A DNA stretch of 64,000 nt, from the NCBI RefSeq assembly GCF_009914755.1, contig NC_060928.1. One strand, 5' to 3'. How positions within the stretch are numbered: the first letter of the stretch is position 1; the number at the start of each line of letters is the position of its first letter. This DNA is from the human T2T-CHM13v2.0 reference genome, Homo sapiens. Below are positions 61,540 to 64,000 of the stretch, one piece after another. Made by a program: the position numbers and the translations under genes. The notes under the pieces were generated by a model. That model saw only the letters and a program-made list of their open reading frames with translations, was not told the origin of the DNA and made no database searches.

Positions 61540-64000
61540 TTATTCAGCATGATGCTATAATGACGGTTGTATGTCATTATACATTTGTCAAAACCCATAA
61601 CATCTACATGTAACCAAGAGTTAGCCCTAATGTAAACTACAGATTTTAGCTAAGAATCATGTAACAATATGTTCATCAGTTTTAACAAATGTCCTCCGCT
61701 AATGCAAGATGTTAGGAGAACCTGGAAGGGTAGGAGAAGAATACATAAGAACCCTCTGTATTTTATGCTTAATTTTTCTGCAAATCTAAAACTGCTCTAT
61801 AAAATAAAGTCTACTAATTTTTAAAAGTGTACACCGATTTGGAAATAAGTCCTACTACACAAAACGTGATGGGTGAGCCTGAACTCCGGGTCCAGACTGC
61901 TTGAGTGAGCTGGGACAAATGACGTGTGGAAAATAGCAGGAACAGTGCCTGGCCATAGGGCTGGTTTGAAAGGGCAGATGAAAATCTATGGGGAGCAGAT
62001 GGCCAAGTGCCTCCAGATGGTTATAACATTAGATAGAGTTCTCATAAGATAATTTCTACTAGTAAGAACCACTCACAATGGGACTCGGCTCTCTTCTGAA
62101 ATAGTTTCATGTCGCTCAAGTATCCAAGCACAGACTGATGGATGAATTCAGTATTCAGTATTGGTTTTGAAAAGAAACACGGCATTATAAGGATGATCAA
62201 ATAGTACGTTCTGTAATGTGCTGGAATTTTGGGATCGTCTGAAAGAAGGTGACATGTAAAACCACTTAGGAGATTGTAAAAGCCAAACATTCAAGACGTT
62301 GTTTGTGAGGATCGTCTTTTTTTTTTTACTGCACATTTCAGCTCATTGTCAAACAAATTTCTACAGAGCCTTGGAATTATATAGTATCAGCATTGGAGAA
62401 AACATCAGAGCTCATAAAATCAGCCGCACTTTACAGATGTGGAGTAAGAGGTGCTCAAAGATTGAGTTTCCCTGGTCACAAAGCTAATCAGTGATAAAGT
62501 TGAGTTCAAGCTGTGGCTCTAAACCTCACTTCAGGACTCATTTTATTATATATGCTGCCACTGTTATTATTAGTCACAGTAACGGTTTCAAAATCCTAAA
62601 GACCCCACATTTGCATTGAAACCAAGATAATTTGGTTTTTCTTTCCGGAGTCCCTCCTCAATGCTCCACGGTCATCAGTCAGCGCCTTTTTGGGAGAAAA
62701 TGTTTCCAGCTGCCACTCTTTGTAGAAGTTGCTCCCATTTGCTGTTCTATGTCTACAACGCTGCATATCAAAATTTTACAACACGTGGGCGATGACATTT
62801 ACTTACTAACATAATAGCACCTTCACACTAAACAATTTTCAAATCACTATTATATTACCTCTTTGTAACAGGCTTATAAAGTTGACAGGACAGAATTTTA
62901 TTTTAATCTTCATGTTATAGATGGCAAACTGGGGTTCAGAGAAGTTGCATGACTCACCTACATTCACAGAGCCAATCCGTGTGTGAAGTGGGTTTTGACA
63001 CAAGTCTCCTGGCTTCTTTATCTGGTGCGGCCTCATTTGCTGTTGCTATTTGGAAATAAGGTGTTACAGAAGCTACTTAATATGCTTGATTCAAAGTCAT
63101 TTGTTTGGCTAAAGAAATAATGTCTTAATAATAATTCTTTAAAAGTATTTTATAATATTTGATATAGGCAAAAGAACATAAGTAAGCTATATGTTACCTA
63201 TTATGAAGCACAATAATAAAATAAACACCTGTGAACTCATCCTCTCAAAATACCTTGAAGCTACCTGTGTGTCTTCTTCATATTATTACTTTGTCTTTCC
63301 CCCAGAGGTAATGCTTATCATTATCTCTTTTAAAAATGTTTATTTTTTAAAAGCTAGCCCAACATTATCTGTATCTCTAACATTATGTTGTTTAGCTTTG
63401 TTTGTTTTTAAGTTACACTAAATATTTTTCCAGGCTGTATGCTGTCTTCAGCAAATTGCTCTTTTCATTCAATATTTGATTTTTAAGATATTTTATTTTC
63501 TGTAACAGTTTATCCATGTTCTGCTAAATCATATTCCATCATGTGAAATAGCACAAAATATTTATGCATTTGTTTTGCATCAGTGGACATTTGGGTTGTT
63601 GAGAACTTTTTTCTGTTGTGAACAATGATAAATGGAATTTTCATGTTTGTCTCCTGTGCACCCATGTAAGTATTTACAACTGGGTATGAAATTGGTGGGT
63701 TAAGGACGAGACAAGTATTCAAACTCATGAAATGCTGCCATACTGGTTTCCAAAGCTGTTGTGACAATTTGAGTTATCAGATCTTAGTTTTTTCCAGTCT
63801 ACTGTTGATAAAATAATACGTCATTGAGATCTCAGGACGTATTTCCTGAGAAGCTAATGAGGGTAAATTACTTTTTGTGGTTATTTGTAATTTGGGCTTT
63901 CTTCTCTGAAATAATTCTTCATGTCTTTTGCCCATTGTTTTTTGTTTTCTTTGCTAGGTAGGGATTTTTTGGTCAAATGTAGTGTATGTATGTATCCTCT

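Overview
Human (primate) genomic DNA from the KLKB1-F11 tandem-paralogue locus (4q35). Bases 1-~2460 hold the 3' end of KLKB1 (plasma prekallikrein: end of exon 13, exons 14-15, poly(A) signal). After a ~7.5-kb repeat-rich spacer comes the complete F11 gene (coagulation factor XI) on the + strand: a non-coding exon 1 (~9937-10268) and 14 coding exons (ATG 11112, TGA 32595-32597). I spliced these by hand at GT-AG sites into an intact 1878-nt, 625-aa ORF: signal peptide, four apple domains, KPR|IVGG activation site and His/Asp/Ser triad. The rest (~34-64 kb) has no recognisable protein-coding exon. It is Alu/L1/L2/MIR/MER/LTR-rich DNA, probably intronic to the antisense lncRNA F11-AS1, with one CpG-rich, CTCF-motif-bearing element at ~40.4-42 kb. 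Most ORFs in the track are Alu, microsatellite or antisense artefacts. I see no evidence of a wholly new protein-coding system. The best leads are RNA-level: (i) inverted Alu pairs that bracket successive F11 exon blocks, notably the in-frame exon 6-7 block and exon 14; (ii) an antisense poly(A) signal formed at the junction of a triplicated GATA-containing 13-mer in F11 intron 12; (iii) four uORFs and a competing donor in F11 exon 1; (iv) a 1-nt indel that explains the different KLKB1 and F11 C-termini; (v) the CpG/CTCF element with a consensus splice donor. Repeat subfamily names and boundaries are by eye and approximate, and literature points are from recall and need checking.
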